Assembly: GCF_037042905.1 (NCBI RefSeq)
Contig: NC_087263.1
Span: forward strand, 14,076,001 to 14,140,000
Reading direction: 5' to 3'
Length of the DNA stretch: 64,000 bases
Source of the DNA: Lytechinus pictus
Taxonomy: Eukaryota
Shown: piece after piece, positions 37,021-51,070 of the stretch
Position numbering within the stretch: position 1 is the stretch's first letter
How the letters are laid out: each line of letters starts with the position of its first letter
Translations under genes and position numbers: made by a program
Notes under the pieces: model-generated
What the model saw: only the letters and a program-made list of their open reading frames with translations
Told to the model about the DNA's origin: nothing
Databases searched by the model: none

Positions 37021-39554
37021 TGATGAGGAGGAGGTATGGTGATCATAATGATAGTCAATGAGGAGGAAAAGGGGCGAAAATGCAAATGAGGAGACACACA
37101 TCTCATTATATCCAGTTTTGCCAAAAGAGGGCGCCCTTGTATTTTGCATGATACAGAACATTAATCACACGCACTTTAACCCAGTCTAATACCTTTGACG
37201 GAAAAATAGTTCACATACGTTGCAAAGAATCTTGTTTCCATTCCTCATGTCCTAAAGGGCGGATCCAGATATTCATGATAGAAGGGGCACACAAGACCAG
37301 ACCAACGCCAGACCAGCCCAACGCCTCTGCAATCCATCATCTTCTTAAATTCTACAGTTTTGAAACTAAATTTGGTATGTTCATGTATGAGAAACATCGG
37401 TCAGGATCATTAACTTATATATACTTTGATCAATTTTAAACTCGACACCTGTTTTGTAAACCATTTGTTGACTTCAAATTAATGAAGAATTTCATCATTA
37501 TCGCTCACTTCACTCATATCACGCACTTCATTTTCACTTAGGGTTAACTTGATAAGATTCTGATGGTGAACATGAATGTCACTCTCTTCCAAAATTTGTA
37601 TGATGTAGCGTATACTTCTTGGAGTACTTGGAAAATTTGCTGCATTTAAATTCGAAGACCTGTTTCGCGTTTCATTAAGTCTTGTTATAATAACGAATGC
37701 ACATTGTAACAATTCTACTATCAGTCATTCAGTGAGAAGGATTTCAATAGATTTGTTGGCATAAGTTTTACGAAACGAGCCTCAAATTTATGCAACCTAT
37801 AGTTTTGCCATATAAACTAATAAGGTATTGATTTCAAGCAAAATGTTTAAAATTTAAACAGCGGTGTTCTATTTACCTACAACTGCGTAGTCAGGATTTA
37901 ATTTTGGAGGGGGGGGGGTAAGTGCACGCGAAACGTACCAACACTTACAGAGCACGCGAAGCGCGCTCCCTTGGGGGGAGGGTGCAGGGAATCTCATCAA
38001 ATTCAAATCAAAAGAAGGCGTCTCTTGCGTCTCTAGTACCCTTATCAACTCGAATTCAAGAATTGCTGTGATTAAAAAAAACTTGCTTTCAACAAAAATT
38101 TATGAGCTTGAAGGTTCAATATAAGATTGGAGAATTTGAAATAATTCCTCATATCGCGCGAAGCGCGGAAGTTAAAGCGTTTTATAAAAATTGAGAACAG
38201 AAGTGGTATAAAATGCCTACCTTGGTCACATCAGATTTGATTTAAGTTTCGTTAACTCAAGTCGCAAAACAGAGTAGAAGACGGATATATGCAGAAAGGC
38301 CCTATTTCTTCCCGCGAATGGCGTTCAAGCTCTGAATCTTAGAAATTTTTCCGAAACTTTAACATGTTATAATTTTGACATCTCTTAGAATATAACTCGA
38401 TTAAGAAGGAAAATGAGCTCAATTATGAAAGGGATGATGCAAGCTAGAAGAGGGACTTAATTTTCCTTTCCCATGCTCGCGAAGCACGGAAACCTTTGTG
38501 ATTTATTTGGAAGAAAAAAATATGTAATTTCACTCATATTAAGCGCTTCCTTTTCTCCAAGACAGGAGATGGATGTGCAGCGATATAGAATAAAGTTTCA
38601 TATCGTATATACTTTAGCATATAACACGGAACGAATTTAATGCCTCCCCCTTTGAGCAGATATACTTTGCCAAAAAGTACTTGCTGACAAAGCGAAAGAA
38701 ATACCATTTGGGGAGTTGGGAAGTGACGGTACCGTTTACCCGCTCCGAACAGAAGAGCCGACAATTTGTGTCAATGCAATTTAAAATTACTTTTCATACT
38801 CTATACACCCATGTATAATTTCTGGCAAGAATATACGATTCCCACAGCCAGGAAGGGGAAAAACAGCGTAGAAAAAAGGTGTGGGAAACAAAAGGGAAAG
38901 GCGATTTTTATATTTTTTCCCGCGCGGAGCGCGGTAGCAAAATTTTGTATGAAGAGAGATGATCAACGTTTCGTTTAGGTTTTTATTCTTTTGACAACAC
39001 AAAAGGAAAAAACAACAAAGATATACCTTTCTTCCCTTTTTCTCCTTTCGCTTTTTCTTTTTCTCCTTTTCCTCTTCTTTTTTTCTTTTTGGGGGCGTTT
39101 TTTTTTTTTGGGGGGGGCGACCGCCCCCTGGCTACGCGCCTGTTTACCTATTGCTTGAAAATTGAGCATTGATGTTTAACACTCTTCCCCCCCCCCCCAC
39201 TTTCTCTGCTCTCTCTCTCTGAACTATAAATAACCACCGAACGTTCATATTATATTAAACAGGCTCTATAATTTTGTATAAAATCTATACATGTTGCTAG
39301 ATTTTGTTTTGACTGTGTACTTGTACAAGCTTCGGTTGCATTTGATATGCAAATGTTAAACAAGCTTTCTCTTTTACAAGTCTAAACAAAATAAGACAGC
39401 GGCACCATTGATTTCATATTAAAAATTCATCAAAGATTTTAATCAACAATTATGTTTAATTACTTTTTAAAAATTCTATAAAAGACACTTAATGGCACAA
39501 AAGGACAATGAAATCTAAAAAAAACCACCTTCATCCCTGTGCTGGGAAGAACGC

Positions 39555-40170
39555 AATGTCACGCAGTGTGTTAACAGTGCGTGAGATGCAGTGTGACATT
39601 ATCTTCACATGCACTGTGATTACATATGAACACTTGAGCACTGTGACTCACATCTTCAAGTAGTTCACACTGTGAACAATCACGCTGTTGGTGTGACCAA
39701 AGTGTGAGATTATCTGCATGATGATTTGAATTTGTGCATTTTAACTGGGTAAAAGACATCTTCACAAAGCCCACACTGTGAACATACTGTAAACTCAATG
39801 CGTGACTCTGAAAAAAAATCACTACGTGACACTGTGAACACGGTATACACTCGCTGTGTCATACTTTGAACAAATTGTGTACACGTGCACTGTATGACAC
39901 TGAACACACAGCAAACATGCTGACACACTGTGTCGTACTGCAAACACTGTGTGACTCTGAACAGAGTGAACACACTGTAAACTCACTGTGTAAGACTTTG
40001 AAAACACTGGAATTGTGAACACACTGCCAAAACACACACACAAACTGCGAAAAATGTGTACACACTGTGAACACACTGTGTTGCGCTGCAAACGGTGTGT
40101 ACACACTGTGAACACACTGAATACACATTGTATGACACTGTGTCGCATTACGAACACACAGCATGACAAC
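39555..40170. repeat. Degenerate CACACTGTGAA low-complexity tandem repeat
   Basis: Recurrent ACACACTGTG / CACTGTGAAC units; explains the Cys/Val-rich pseudo-ORFs. Confidence 0.8.
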
Positions 40171-41209
40171 GCGTTCTTTCCAGCAAGTATAATCTACCGA
40201 TTGACGTAACAAATTTCAACATTACAAGGGGAAAAAAAGAAAAATCAGGAAAGGCGATACTCTAAAAAATCAGTTCTTGTAAAGTAAAGACTCCGAATAT
40301 CACTTTACATTGAAATGGGGAAATAACAATGATTGAAGTATGGGCAACCATGTTTTTATGAACTCCTTTAATTTGTTAAACATTTAAATATCTAAAGAAA
40401 GATGTGTGCAAGTTTATTTATCGCGATGTAGATGGAAGAAATGTTAGGATACAAACTAATTTTTGTTCATTATACTTTCCATTCATTTTCAGCCAAAAAG
40501 CTCACTCCTAAATCTCCTTATAATACATGTAAGTGAAAGAATAAAACACTATATAAAGACTGAATAAAAAAACGAAATGGAGTTTCTACACAAATTAAAC
40601 AATAACACAGGTCGTTTAACATGTTTAACACAAATCTACATGACTTGAGCTGAATATCAAATTTTCAATCTTTATACTTCATAATAAAACCATAATATTT
40701 TAGGGGCAATGATATAAAAAGCCTCAAGCTTGCTTTCGTACGGGGAAATATAGTTTTAGGTGTGACATTGGACGTGATTTATGATCAAAGTTAAAATTGT
40801 AATAACCTCCAAGTTGAGGGGACTTTGAACATTGTTTTTATTCATTATTGCATACCTTTATGACGGGAGGCAATGCGAAATAGAGCATGATTTCAATGAC
40901 AGAGTTAAATATCAAAATAAAGACGCATTTTGGATCCCTGAAATTCAAATAAATGAACTTACTTTCAAATAGCTCTATACATAATTATATAAAACTTTGT
41001 TCGAAACATTTCGTTCTGAATAATCATAATAAACACCTTAAAAAGACATAGTGTTCTGTATGACTAGAAGTGAATAAAAAAGATTTCTACATGTGCAAAT
41101 ACAACAGATATATCTATTTTAAAATCTACATTTTTCTCTCATTTTTCTACTAGTACTGGATATTTGAAAGATGACATACAAGACATGCAGTATATACAAT
41201 AGAATGACC

Positions 41210-41426
41210 CAGTCACACTTCAGAAACCGACTCCAGACCGATCAAAACTATCACGTTATTACCAATGACATACCATCGATCGGTTTGGAGTCGGTTATGT
41301 TGGTGTGACCCAGCATCGTGCTGCAGTCACACTCCTGAAACCGATTCCAGACCGATCAAAGCTATTACATTCTTACCAATGACATTAGCATCGATCGGTT
41401 TGGAATCGGTTTCGTTCGTGTGACTG
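41210..41426. repeat. Second copy of the 1214-1540 modular repeat
   Basis: CAGTCACAC..GAAACCGA.TCCAGACCGATC units with an inverted terminus ...GTGTGACTG. Confidence 0.72.
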
Positions 41427-42177
41427 AGGCACAATGACGGATATCTTAACCCCACACACGGTACATGAACAATCGGTTGAATACGATTGGATGAAAGAAA
41501 ATTACAAAATAATCATACACTTTTTTTAATCCTCATGAGATACTGTTTCAGCACATGAAATCAATGGGTGAGGCAGAAACTTGTCATGTTTATCTGTTTG
41601 TGTTTTGCATCACATTAATGCACCGCCTTTTCCCCTTCTTTTTGACAGTTCGCCATTGAATTCTTGAATTACATGTAAATCTCTCGGCGGACATGGTACT
41701 TTTTGTACATGTAGCCGGTAATGCCCGATAGCGGCTATGATGACGTCATGGGCCCATGTCATCATGATGATTGACGAACCCCTTCCAAATTTAATTTATA
41801 GAGCCCCCGGCCCACTGTCCCATTCTTTGCCTTTAACCCCCCCCCCCCCCCCCTGTCCGCCACATCCTTTAACCCATCCCTTTGTAAATCACATATTTTT
41901 ACCCTTCGAGTTTTAGAATCTCCCTTTCATTGTCTCTTCCCCTTCAGCCACACTCTCCTATTGACCGCCCCCCCCCCCGATTTCCCATTGTCAGATATCA
42001 TGAGCATAGAAGCCACCCCCCCCCCCCCCGCGCCCTGATCTCGTACTTATTCGTTGCACAGCGTATATCAATCTGCGCATAGTGACCTCCGATCTTGCAC
42101 CCCCTTACACCTGTTCGACCCTCCCTCACACCCCTGAAGTGACCACGCCCTGGTGGGTATTACCCCCCACCATCTCT

Positions 42178-42353
42178 CTACAGCTTGGTGTTCTCTCCCC
42201 GTCCGATGGCGATGGATCGGAGGGCCTCGGGTTCGTTCTGGTAGTTGCGGCAGGTGAACTCGTGGACGCATCTCGAGATGCCGAGGATCGCGACCAGGAT
42301 GGCAACGACGCCGGCGACGCCGGCGGACACCTCACCCCATGTGTAGATTTGTG
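42178..42353 (-). CDS. Uncharacterised small membrane protein, coding exon 2: TM helix and tail (TQIYTWGEVSAGVAGVVAILVAILGISRCVHEFTCRNYQNEPEALRSIAIGRGENTKL*)
   Basis: Acceptor attttAG, phase matches exon 1, strong G/C third-position bias in an AT-rich background, stop TAG at 42180-42178. Spliced length 249 nt = 82 aa + stop. Confidence 0.8.
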
Positions 42354-42944
42354 CTAAAATTGTAGACAAAAATAAAATGAACCGAAGGTTGGTGTTGGGC
42401 AGAATAAGGAAAGATACATGAAAGGTGCAAATCTGAAACTTGATGAAGAAAAAAGAAACCGGAAGATATTTCATAGTTCCTTTTGGGACCACTGTCATTG
42501 CAAGTTGGACACCATGCTCGTCCACAAAGGGGAGGGGGGTTACCGTCGGACAATACCCGAGCGTACAGTGAAAATTTAGGCTTTCATATTAAAATGTGAA
42601 GAAGGGGGTATACTTTTCAAAAGTCTTGTGCGCATTTTTTATTTGAATTTTATCCCGATTTTGCAAAAGTCCCGTACACGACATTTGCGGAATGAGCCCC
42701 ACCCCCCCCCCCCCCCCATCGAGGAGGAGGAACAATATTGGCTTCTTAATACGAAACTTAAACGAGTATTCTGGGATGAAAATAATAAGTAAAATTTAAA
42801 AAGCAAAACGTCTTTGAAATGTGGTAACTAATTGAATGTCAAAGTTCAGCAATACTTTGTGCCAACAGTTATATCATATGCACAGCATCATGAATTTGCA
42901 ATAAGTTGGCTAATGGTGTCATGTTACGGCTATCGTATTTCTTA

Positions 42945-43322
42945 CAAGGGCGGAAATCACTTCCCAAAGGTAGGGGGACCAGGGGCTGGAAAATTTGACA
43001 ACCTCCCCCCTAAAAAAAAAATTATCATCCCAAATCTAAGGTCATTCACGAAAATCAATTTGACAGGCCAAAAAAGGGTAATCACCCAAAAAGGTCATTT
43101 CCACCAAAATAGATTTGGCAAGGAAAAAAAGTTATTAACCCAAAAAGTAAGGTATCTCGTCCAAAATACATGTTTTATTTCGATTTTGAATGACGTATTT
43201 CTTTCCATCATAAAATACCAAATATAGTAGGGGGCATTTGATATTGGGTCCCCTCTACTATTTTGGGTAGGGGGACGCGTCCCCCCTGCCCCCCCCCCCC
43301 CCCCCTGGGATTTCCGCCTATG
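42945..43322 (-). mobile_element. hAT-like MITE, family A (reverse orientation), in the intron of the small gene
   Basis: TIRs CAAGGGCGGAAATC / GATTTCCGCCTATG; internal homology to the other copies; TSD degraded. Confidence 0.82.
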
Positions 43323-43363
43323 ATTTTTATGTTATGCATGAAGTCATATTTCTAATTATCCTA

Positions 43364-43586
43364 CACAGCAAAAACTGCGGTGTTAACCGGTTTACATACA
43401 CCGGTGTTAAATTGACAGTGTTAGTTTAGCACATATCGGTGTTATTGCAACACCTTTGGTTGTTACATGTACAATCTTTGGTGTTATATTCAATGTCTAG
43501 GGTGTAATTTTAACACCAGAGGGTGTGGTCCTCTATTACATGTAACACCCACTGGTGTCAGTTTTAACACCACAGTTTTTACAGTG
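43364..43586. mobile_element. TA-flanked MITE with CA...TG termini and TTAACACC subrepeats
   Basis: ta|CACAGCAAAAACTGCGGTGTTAA ... TTAACACCACAGTTTTTACAGTG|ta. Confidence 0.8.
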
Positions 43587-45258
43587 TACTGTAATGTGTG
43601 TATTGTGTAAGATATTTCTCCTTTACAACAAAATAAGTTTCAACAATGATTTTTTTTTCACATTAAATCAGTAGTCAATCGGTTTTTTTTATTCCTGGAG
43701 GACAAAATTTGAATATTCATAATTTCCTATAAAATATAAAATAATAACTTGGGATATGTCATAATCAGCTCGTTCGCTCGCTCATTGAAAATTCACGGAG
43801 ATATGCATATAACTGTTTCATCGGAAAAATGCAAACATTTTAAATGTTATTCCTTGACCGATTTTCGAATTCTTGGCAGTGTTTTATTTGTATGATTATA
43901 CAACACAGTAAACAAGCTGTTTAAGATTTTATACAACGCTGTTTACTATATGAACCTTACAGTATTTGTTTAACCGTTTAAACAATCATGTTTAATTTAT
44001 TGAAGATTAGATATTGAAAATTAAACTTTGTTGCTTAAGATTTAAACACTTGTTTAAACTGTTTAAACAATTACTTTAAGGTTCATATAGTAAACATCGT
44101 TGTATAATTTTTTTACGTGTACGTTATCCATTCAAATCATATTTTCAGCATGGATTGTCCCTTTAATTTTTGTGATAGAGTTTGAAAAAAAAAATGGGTT
44201 GAAAATTATCTATTTTTCTTTTTATTTCTTTTCTCATTTTTTTTCCATCTTCTTGGTGCGCCAGTAAAATATATCATAAACTCGACAGCACTGTGGTTTG
44301 AGATCATGAATCAATCGAAAATAGATTGAGATGAGATCGCTCATTGTGATGCATTGAACTGTGAAGTTATGCGCATGCTTTATGAATGCATTGTTTAGAT
44401 GGAATTCGTTTTCGACTGGTTAGTGTATAAGTAGTCATCGAAGCAGAGATTGTTTATGACATGCAGGCCTTGTATTAAATTTTGGACAAAGATACATGTA
44501 TGATACTGGGACTCGGTTGAAAATGATCATACAAATGATTGTTCTAAGTTACCACTAAGACAAACATTTTCCTCTAGTCACGGGTACTAACTAGCCTATA
44601 ATTTCACAGAATATGAATATAGTTTTGGGGGAAAATCATCGCGAGCATTCTCCGCGCAAGTTCAGTGAGTCACTCAGCATTTCAGCTTGGTTTTTGGCTT
44701 GTGCGATTCGTTGCGATCCGAATTTCAAAGAAATTGTAAAAACATTCAATCTAGTTCGAGCTTGCCTGTATATATAAAAGCAAATACAACTTCAAATCGC
44801 AATGACATCATCATCGGTTGAGACTTGAAGCCGATTATTTGGACTTCAAGTTTAATCCGACCATAGGTCTTGCCGCAAAGAAAATGATGTTATAATTATT
44901 ATTTCTAAATTATTTCTAACACAATGCCGAACTTCAAATGAAATAAGTCTACTTCTTGGAGCCTTCACATTTAATGCAAAATGCGATTAATTAGAAAAGC
45001 ATCGGATCGCAAAGTGTGCGCTGGGCGTTAATGATAATCCTCTATCCCTAACTTTACCCCTTAAATATTTTCCGACACTGCATTGATTTATGGTTCAGTT
45101 CACCTCTTCACAATTTTGAAATAGTAAAACCATGAATTTAATGATTTGAATAAAACATTTCTACGCTAAATGTATCGTAATATAGGGATAGGGGGCATAG
45201 GGCCCGAACTGCCCATTGTCTTGTCCTAAATTAATGGGGAAAAGGGTGAAATTCTTAC

Positions 45259-45331
45259 TCGTGAGGTCAGCGTTGGCTGCTCCACACATCCCAAGAAATA
45301 CAATAAGAGCTGCGACGATGTTGAAACCCAT
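45259..45331 (-). CDS. Uncharacterised small membrane protein, coding exon 1: signal peptide (MGFNIVAALIVFLGMCGAANADLT)
   Basis: ATG at 45331 preceded by an acceptor-like ttcttctctcaaaAG. Hydrophobic core plus A-N-A cleavage motif. Donor A|GTAAG, phase 1. Confidence 0.75.
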
Positions 45332-45409
45332 CTTTTGAGAGAAGAACATCGGAATATTAAAATAGTCATCAACAATAAACAAACAAAAAATCATTCAAAA
45401 TACAAACAA

Positions 45410-46025
45410 GATAATGACGAGTTGATGACGACGATGCTGATGACAATGATGGTGATGATGATGGTGGTGATGATGATAAATGGTGGTGGTGAGGGTGGTG
45501 AGGATGGTGATGACGAGGATAGTGTTGATGATTTTGAGGATGATGATGCTTATGAAGGTGACGAGAACGATGCTAGTGATGGCGATGAAGATGATGATGA
45601 TGGATGATGGTGATGATGATGGTGATGATGGTGATGATGGTGGTGGTGGTGATGATGAGGGTGATGATGATGATGGTGGTGGTGGTGGTGGTGATGACGA
45701 GGAGGATAGTGTTGATGATTCTGAGGATGATGATGCTTATGAAGGTGACGAGAACGATGCTAGTGATGGCGATGAAGATGATGGATGATGGATGATGATG
45801 GTGATGATGATGATGGTGATGATGGGGAGGGTGGTGATGCTGATGATGATGATGATGATGATGATGGTGGTGAGGATGGTGATGACGAGGATAGTGTTGA
45901 TGATTCTGAGGATGATGATGCTTATGAAGGTGACGAGAACGATGCTAGTGATGGCGATGAAGATGATGGATGATGATGGTGATGATGGTGGTGGTGATGA
46001 TGATTTGTGAGGATGATGAAGATAA
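45410..46025 (+). repeat. (GAT/GGT)n low-complexity tract with three higher-order copies of a ~90-bp core
   Basis: GAGGATAGTGTTGATGATT.TGAGGATGATGATGCTTATGAAGGTGACGAGAACGATGCTAGTGATGGCGATGAAG occurs near 45515, 45702 and 45887. Confidence 0.9.
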
Positions 46026-46927
46026 TAATGGAGATGATGCCATGGTCAAGATGATGGTTCCGATAATAGTGATGCATATGATGATAAATGATTAAAAAAA
46101 ATATATCGATGTTGATGATTGGCTTCCTATCTCCATATATATAACTAATAATAATCATCGTAACAATAATAACGAAAATGAAAGTGTATTTATCAGAAAA
46201 AAGTTTTACAGTGTATATTATATATAGAGAGAGAAAGGAGATATTTAAAATTGGAGTTAGATTTTTATTAACTCAAAGAAATAAAATCCCAAGGAACCTG
46301 CATACACGTTTCAATTCTTGCTTTAACTCCCTTTTATCTCCTTTCTCATTTCCATTTCTCCATCTTATTCTTTCGCTTCTTCTCATTCTTCTCCTTTGTT
46401 TAACTTTCTTCTTTCATCTTCATCTTATTTTTCTTCCCCTTTATTCTAATTTTCTTTTCATTTTCATCTCCTTACTTTTCCTCTTTCTCCTGTCCTCTCC
46501 CATCGTTTTTTTTTCACTTCCTACTGTTCTTCTTCCTCATTCATCTTTTCGTCATCCTCTCCTCACTTCCCCATTCCCCTCTGATGTCAACTGTTCTTCG
46601 ATTTGCTCATAGTTGTAGAATTTCAAAGTTCCAACTTGCAAAACTTCTTGCGGAACGTGTCACAAGTTTATAACAAAGATTTCCAAACATCTCTTTCTAC
46701 TTAAAAATTGAATTATTCCACTGGTTTCTCAACAGCATATTCGATTTTGCTTTCCATTGTATAAATCAATTATGATAAAGAACGATGTCACGAGAAGTTG
46801 CGTATCAAAAACTATAATAAATACATGTACCATCGAAAGAATCACGAAATTTATGTACACATACTTCGAGAAAGTGTATTCACATGTCAGTTATGAAAAG
46901 GAATATCTAAAGTTATAAAACACATAC

Positions 46928-47250
46928 CTTTTCTGTTGTTAATTTTCCAACACAGGAATAAAAATTGGCAGAAATGAAGACAAGTCGTTTCCTCTGAGAA
47001 GATTTAGGAAAGGTGAAAATATTGGCAACGCCTCTACCAAATAAAATCCTCCAGAAACAAAATGGCGAAACGTTAACACAATTTCAGTGCACCAGCTAGC
47101 TAACTGCGACGTAAACGCATTCTGTGTACTGCGCTGTAAACTTTGAAAAGCTTTCGCCACAGTTCGGTAACTTTTGCGGGGCGTAGTCCAATGAATAAGG
47201 GTGATTATTGTTAGGAAGATTTTTGTTCTTTGAAACTGAGGGTGAGTAAA
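46928..47250 (-). other. Putative non-coding first exon (5' UTR) of the small membrane protein gene
   Basis: Minus-strand donor AAG|GTATGT at 46928/46927 and non-repetitive sequence next to a GA tract. The 5' boundary is a guess. Confidence 0.35.
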
Positions 47251-48304
47251 GTTGGGGCATTGTTTGTGATACAATGGAAACAGGTTGGCGTTTTCTCTCT
47301 CTCTCTCTCTCTCTCTCCCTCTCCATCCCAGCCTTGTTTGTCTATGCGTATGTGTGCAGATGAGCGCCATGCATAATCGGGCTGAACTGGAAATGGTATG
47401 GAACAGACGAAGGTATAAGGTTACATGTTTGTTCAAAACTGGGTCATCGATCTGGGTACACACAGATTTTGTATGGAAAAGTAAGGAGTTAAAGAGAGAT
47501 ACGGGAGAGAGAGGTGGAGGGGAGAGAGAGTTGAGAACCCCCCCCCCCTCATTCTATATACTCTTTCTTTCTTACTAAGAAAGAACGAGTATATAATATA
47601 GAATGGGGGAGGTGATAGGCATAAGTACGCTCTCACCACTACATGTCTCTACAAAAATAGTGATGGTACGTAGAAAGAAAGAAAAAGAGAAAGGAAGAAG
47701 GAAAGAAGGAAAGAAAGAAAAAGAAAGAGGGAAGGGGGAAACTGAAGGAAAAGACAGAGACTTGAGAGAAAATGTGGTAGAGAGAGGGGGGAGAGGGCGA
47801 TTTTATGGATGTTTCTAAGCTCAGAAACGGCTAATTATATAAACAATGAACCCATTCATTAAAAAAATAGAAAACAAAACATTGCGCCGGTGCATCCCAC
47901 CCCCCCCCCTCCCGCCTCTTAATTATTTTAGCCAACGCGCGCCATGGACAAGGGAGTATAACCCAAAGGTATATAACCACTTTGATCAGGCTTTCGCGCA
48001 TTGCGTTTATTTGAAATTTATTTTACTTGAAGGGAGTGTAAACTTTATTATCTAAATCTGCCCCCAATCAAACCCGCATTGCGCCTCACTCCCAACATTT
48101 ACACAAGAATTCTCTCTGTTTACAAAAAAATCCTCAATAAAAGAATCGCATGCCTGGTGTGTATTAATTGCATGCTTCGCTTTGGCAGATGTTTGCATAA
48201 GGAAACAATGTTGTAAAGAAAATTACACAAACACGGAACCCAGTTTCCATAAAAACTTGTTATCGATTATAAATTAATACGAATTACAATTATTAATAGA
48301 GCGA

Positions 48305-48400
48305 GCGAGGTACCGTGGCTAAGTGGTTTAAGGCACGAGGCTACACCTTGAAAGTCCAGGGTTCGATTCCCGCCACGGCCCTGAATTGACTGGGGCATTT
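48305..48400 (+). mobile_element. tRNA-like SINE head fragment
   Basis: TGGCTAAGTGG and GGTTCGATTCCC spaced like pol III A and B boxes. Confidence 0.55.
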
Positions 48401-49174
48401 TTTATCTAATTTACATTGCTCTTTCGTCTTGCATAAAAAAGAAAGAAAATGCTTTATGCATTAAGGCGACCACACACCATTATATCTTACTGTGCAATGT
48501 TCTAAATCATCGTACGAATACCTATGTTCAAATCTGTGACTGCTATCATCCTTCTTAGAATAAAAGCGAAATCTAGTCGTAATGACATCATAGCAGTTGA
48601 CTGTACGTTTGGCTACGATTTGAAACTAATTTGGCCTTTACTCCAAAATAAAGGCTTACAATCTTGCAAAATGGTTATATTAGTATTTTTTCAAATAATT
48701 GTAACCTAAAATAAAATGATATGTTCCATTCACATTATCAGAAATTTAGAAAATTGCAATTTGTTTCAAAATCGGATCGCGAACAGTCATAAGGTGTGAG
48801 GTTAGGTTATGGTGATACCAATGTGTAAAAAAAAAGAAGAAACTAATGACTTGTATAATTTAAACTACAGCCATTAAATGTAATAATGATTAACAGATAA
48901 ACAAGTTTTCTACATTTTTATATCATCTATTGCTTCATTGGCATGTCCACAGCATGAATTTCTTTATAAACCATTGTTGTAGTTCTAAACAACCTTTCTC
49001 GTGTTTATTTCATCATTAATATATTTTTCTTTCTTTTCTTGTATAAGAACTGAAATGTTTATATCCGATATGCTGCTCTGCTTGAATTGCCCTATATAGG
49101 CATATTTGCAGTTCGGTATTTCAAGAACACATACATAAACTCTTCTCATGAAGTAATGGGATATTCATTATTCA

Positions 49175-49365
49175 TCTGCTCAGAAAGCACGAATGCCTGT
49201 GAGCAAGCAACCAGGGAACCAATGGCTTAAGGTCCTCTCTGAGGGACCTGGTAATGAGGATAATGCTTACCAAAGGGTACTAGCGCACCACTTGGCCTGG
49301 GAATCGAACCCGGGTCACCGGAATCCGAAACCCCCGCTCTGATACCGACTGAGCTATCGCGCCTC
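49175..49365 (-). mobile_element. tRNA-derived SINE, family 2
   Basis: Reverse-complement homologue of 51375-51577. Confidence 0.85.
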
Positions 49366-49479
49366 CTATGAGTATGTTAATTGGACCTTTTAAAATTGAT
49401 TGAAATCATGCAATCTTATCACGATTTTGCTTGATGATTTTATTCATTTTTATTTGTCGTTTTATTTTAACAGGGCAGC

Positions 49480-49915
49480 CCTTTCATTTATAAAAACTGC
49501 TCGACTAAGGAGCCTTGCATCAGAGATTTAAAAACATAACAAAACAATAATACATAAAATTGTCAACAAATTAATGAACAATGAATAATCAATGAGAAAG
49601 AATAAAAATAATAAATCAAAATCATTAATAGACTTGTAACAACATAAAGTATTCGTGGAAATCTTAAAAACATATGTCTGTGTGAGAGAGATCAATTTGC
49701 AGTGTTTTTTAATGAATCAAGTGAGTTTACTAATCGGAGAGAAGGGGGCAATGCATTCCAAATGACAGGGCCTTGATAGCAAAATGATTCGGTTCGAAGT
49801 TTTTCAAAATAAAGGGAACAGCTAGTTGAATATCTAGTTTGGAAATGTATTGTTTGATGGGGCGTAATATCCTGAATATATTTATGGGGGTTATTGTTCA
49901 TCACTTTGTACATCC
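49480..49915 (-). mobile_element. 3' end of an L2/CR1-group LINE (ORF2 C-terminal remnant)
   Basis: Translation ...FCYQGPVIWNALPPSLRLVNSLDSLK resembles the conserved G..WN.LP..L....S...FK C-terminus; A-rich tail on the minus strand. Confidence 0.7.
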
Positions 49916-51070
49916 ATATTTTGAATCATCCCAAACTATCTTCTTCCAGCATGCAAGACAAGCTGACCACTAAACTCTTACTCTTCCTGCACAAAATCCA
50001 CATCTTTCGTACCTCCTTTCTCTCTTCGCTCTCTTGAATGTGTAATCGTATTGTATCACCGATACCTATTCTACTCTGAGAAAGTGCTTTGTGCTCTTAT
50101 AATTATTTATACAACAATACAGCAACCAGCTGTAGATCTCCGGGATCAGCGGAGGAAGAAGAAGAAGAAGAAGGTACTGCACTCTCTGCGACGGATTGCC
50201 ATCCTAAAAAGGACAGTAATGTAGTTCGAATTTCATCAAAATCCAAGAGCAAATAGCGAAGTTATTGAATCTTAAAGTTTATTGTATAAACGGTTATGCA
50301 CGTCGTCATGAATATTCATTAGATGAGCTGATGATGTCACATCCCTACTTTCCTTTTTCTTTGTTATTATATACATGTCGATGAAATCTTGTTCCAAGTA
50401 CGTGTGAATGTTTATGTCTCCCTTACAAGGAAATAAGTATCAGCAATGAATATCGAATGTACTTAGTTGTTATTCCAATATTTTGGGTTCTTGAAGGAAA
50501 CAATTTGAATAAACTTCATTTCATATAATAAAATACAAAAGAACAAGTGGCATGACATCAGTTTGCTCATTGAATATTCATGGAGACATGTCTAGAATTG
50601 GCCAGACTCAATGCAAATCTTAAAAATGCCATAACTTTGTTATTCCTTGTCCGATTTTGATTTTCAGTGTTTTGTTTGTCTGATTTTTCTCCATCTATTC
50701 AAATCATATTATTTTCAGCCTGGAGTACCAATTTAATGTGCATTTCGTATCAAACGATCTCTCTCTCTCTTGGGTGATCCCTCCACTGTTTTGGAGATTC
50801 CCAGAATCCAATAGAACAAATGCAAATCCGGTAATTTAGCATCAAGTTGGAGCGGTATAGTCATGACTTTTATGTAGAAAAAAGAGAGATTTAAGGAGCA
50901 GACTATTATCATGATTATTCACTTCAGGTGGGAGACCAGGTTAATGGGTTAATCAGGTAGATTGATGGTCTTATTGAGCAAAGCGGGTTTGAAGCTATTT
51001 AAAAACAATGTTTACCCATTTTTTTTCATCAAGCTCTGCTTCTATGGGGTCCTAAACCTTTCATGTTATA

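Noticed and set aside
39571..40212. Cys/Val/His-rich ORFs resembling metallothionein or zinc fingers
   Set aside because: Derived from the CACACTGTG low-complexity repeat.
45335..46010. Acidic Asp/Gly-rich ORFs suggestive of a biomineralisation protein
   Set aside because: Low-complexity tract whose reading frame shifts between repeat copies, lying antisense just upstream of the small gene's first coding exon.
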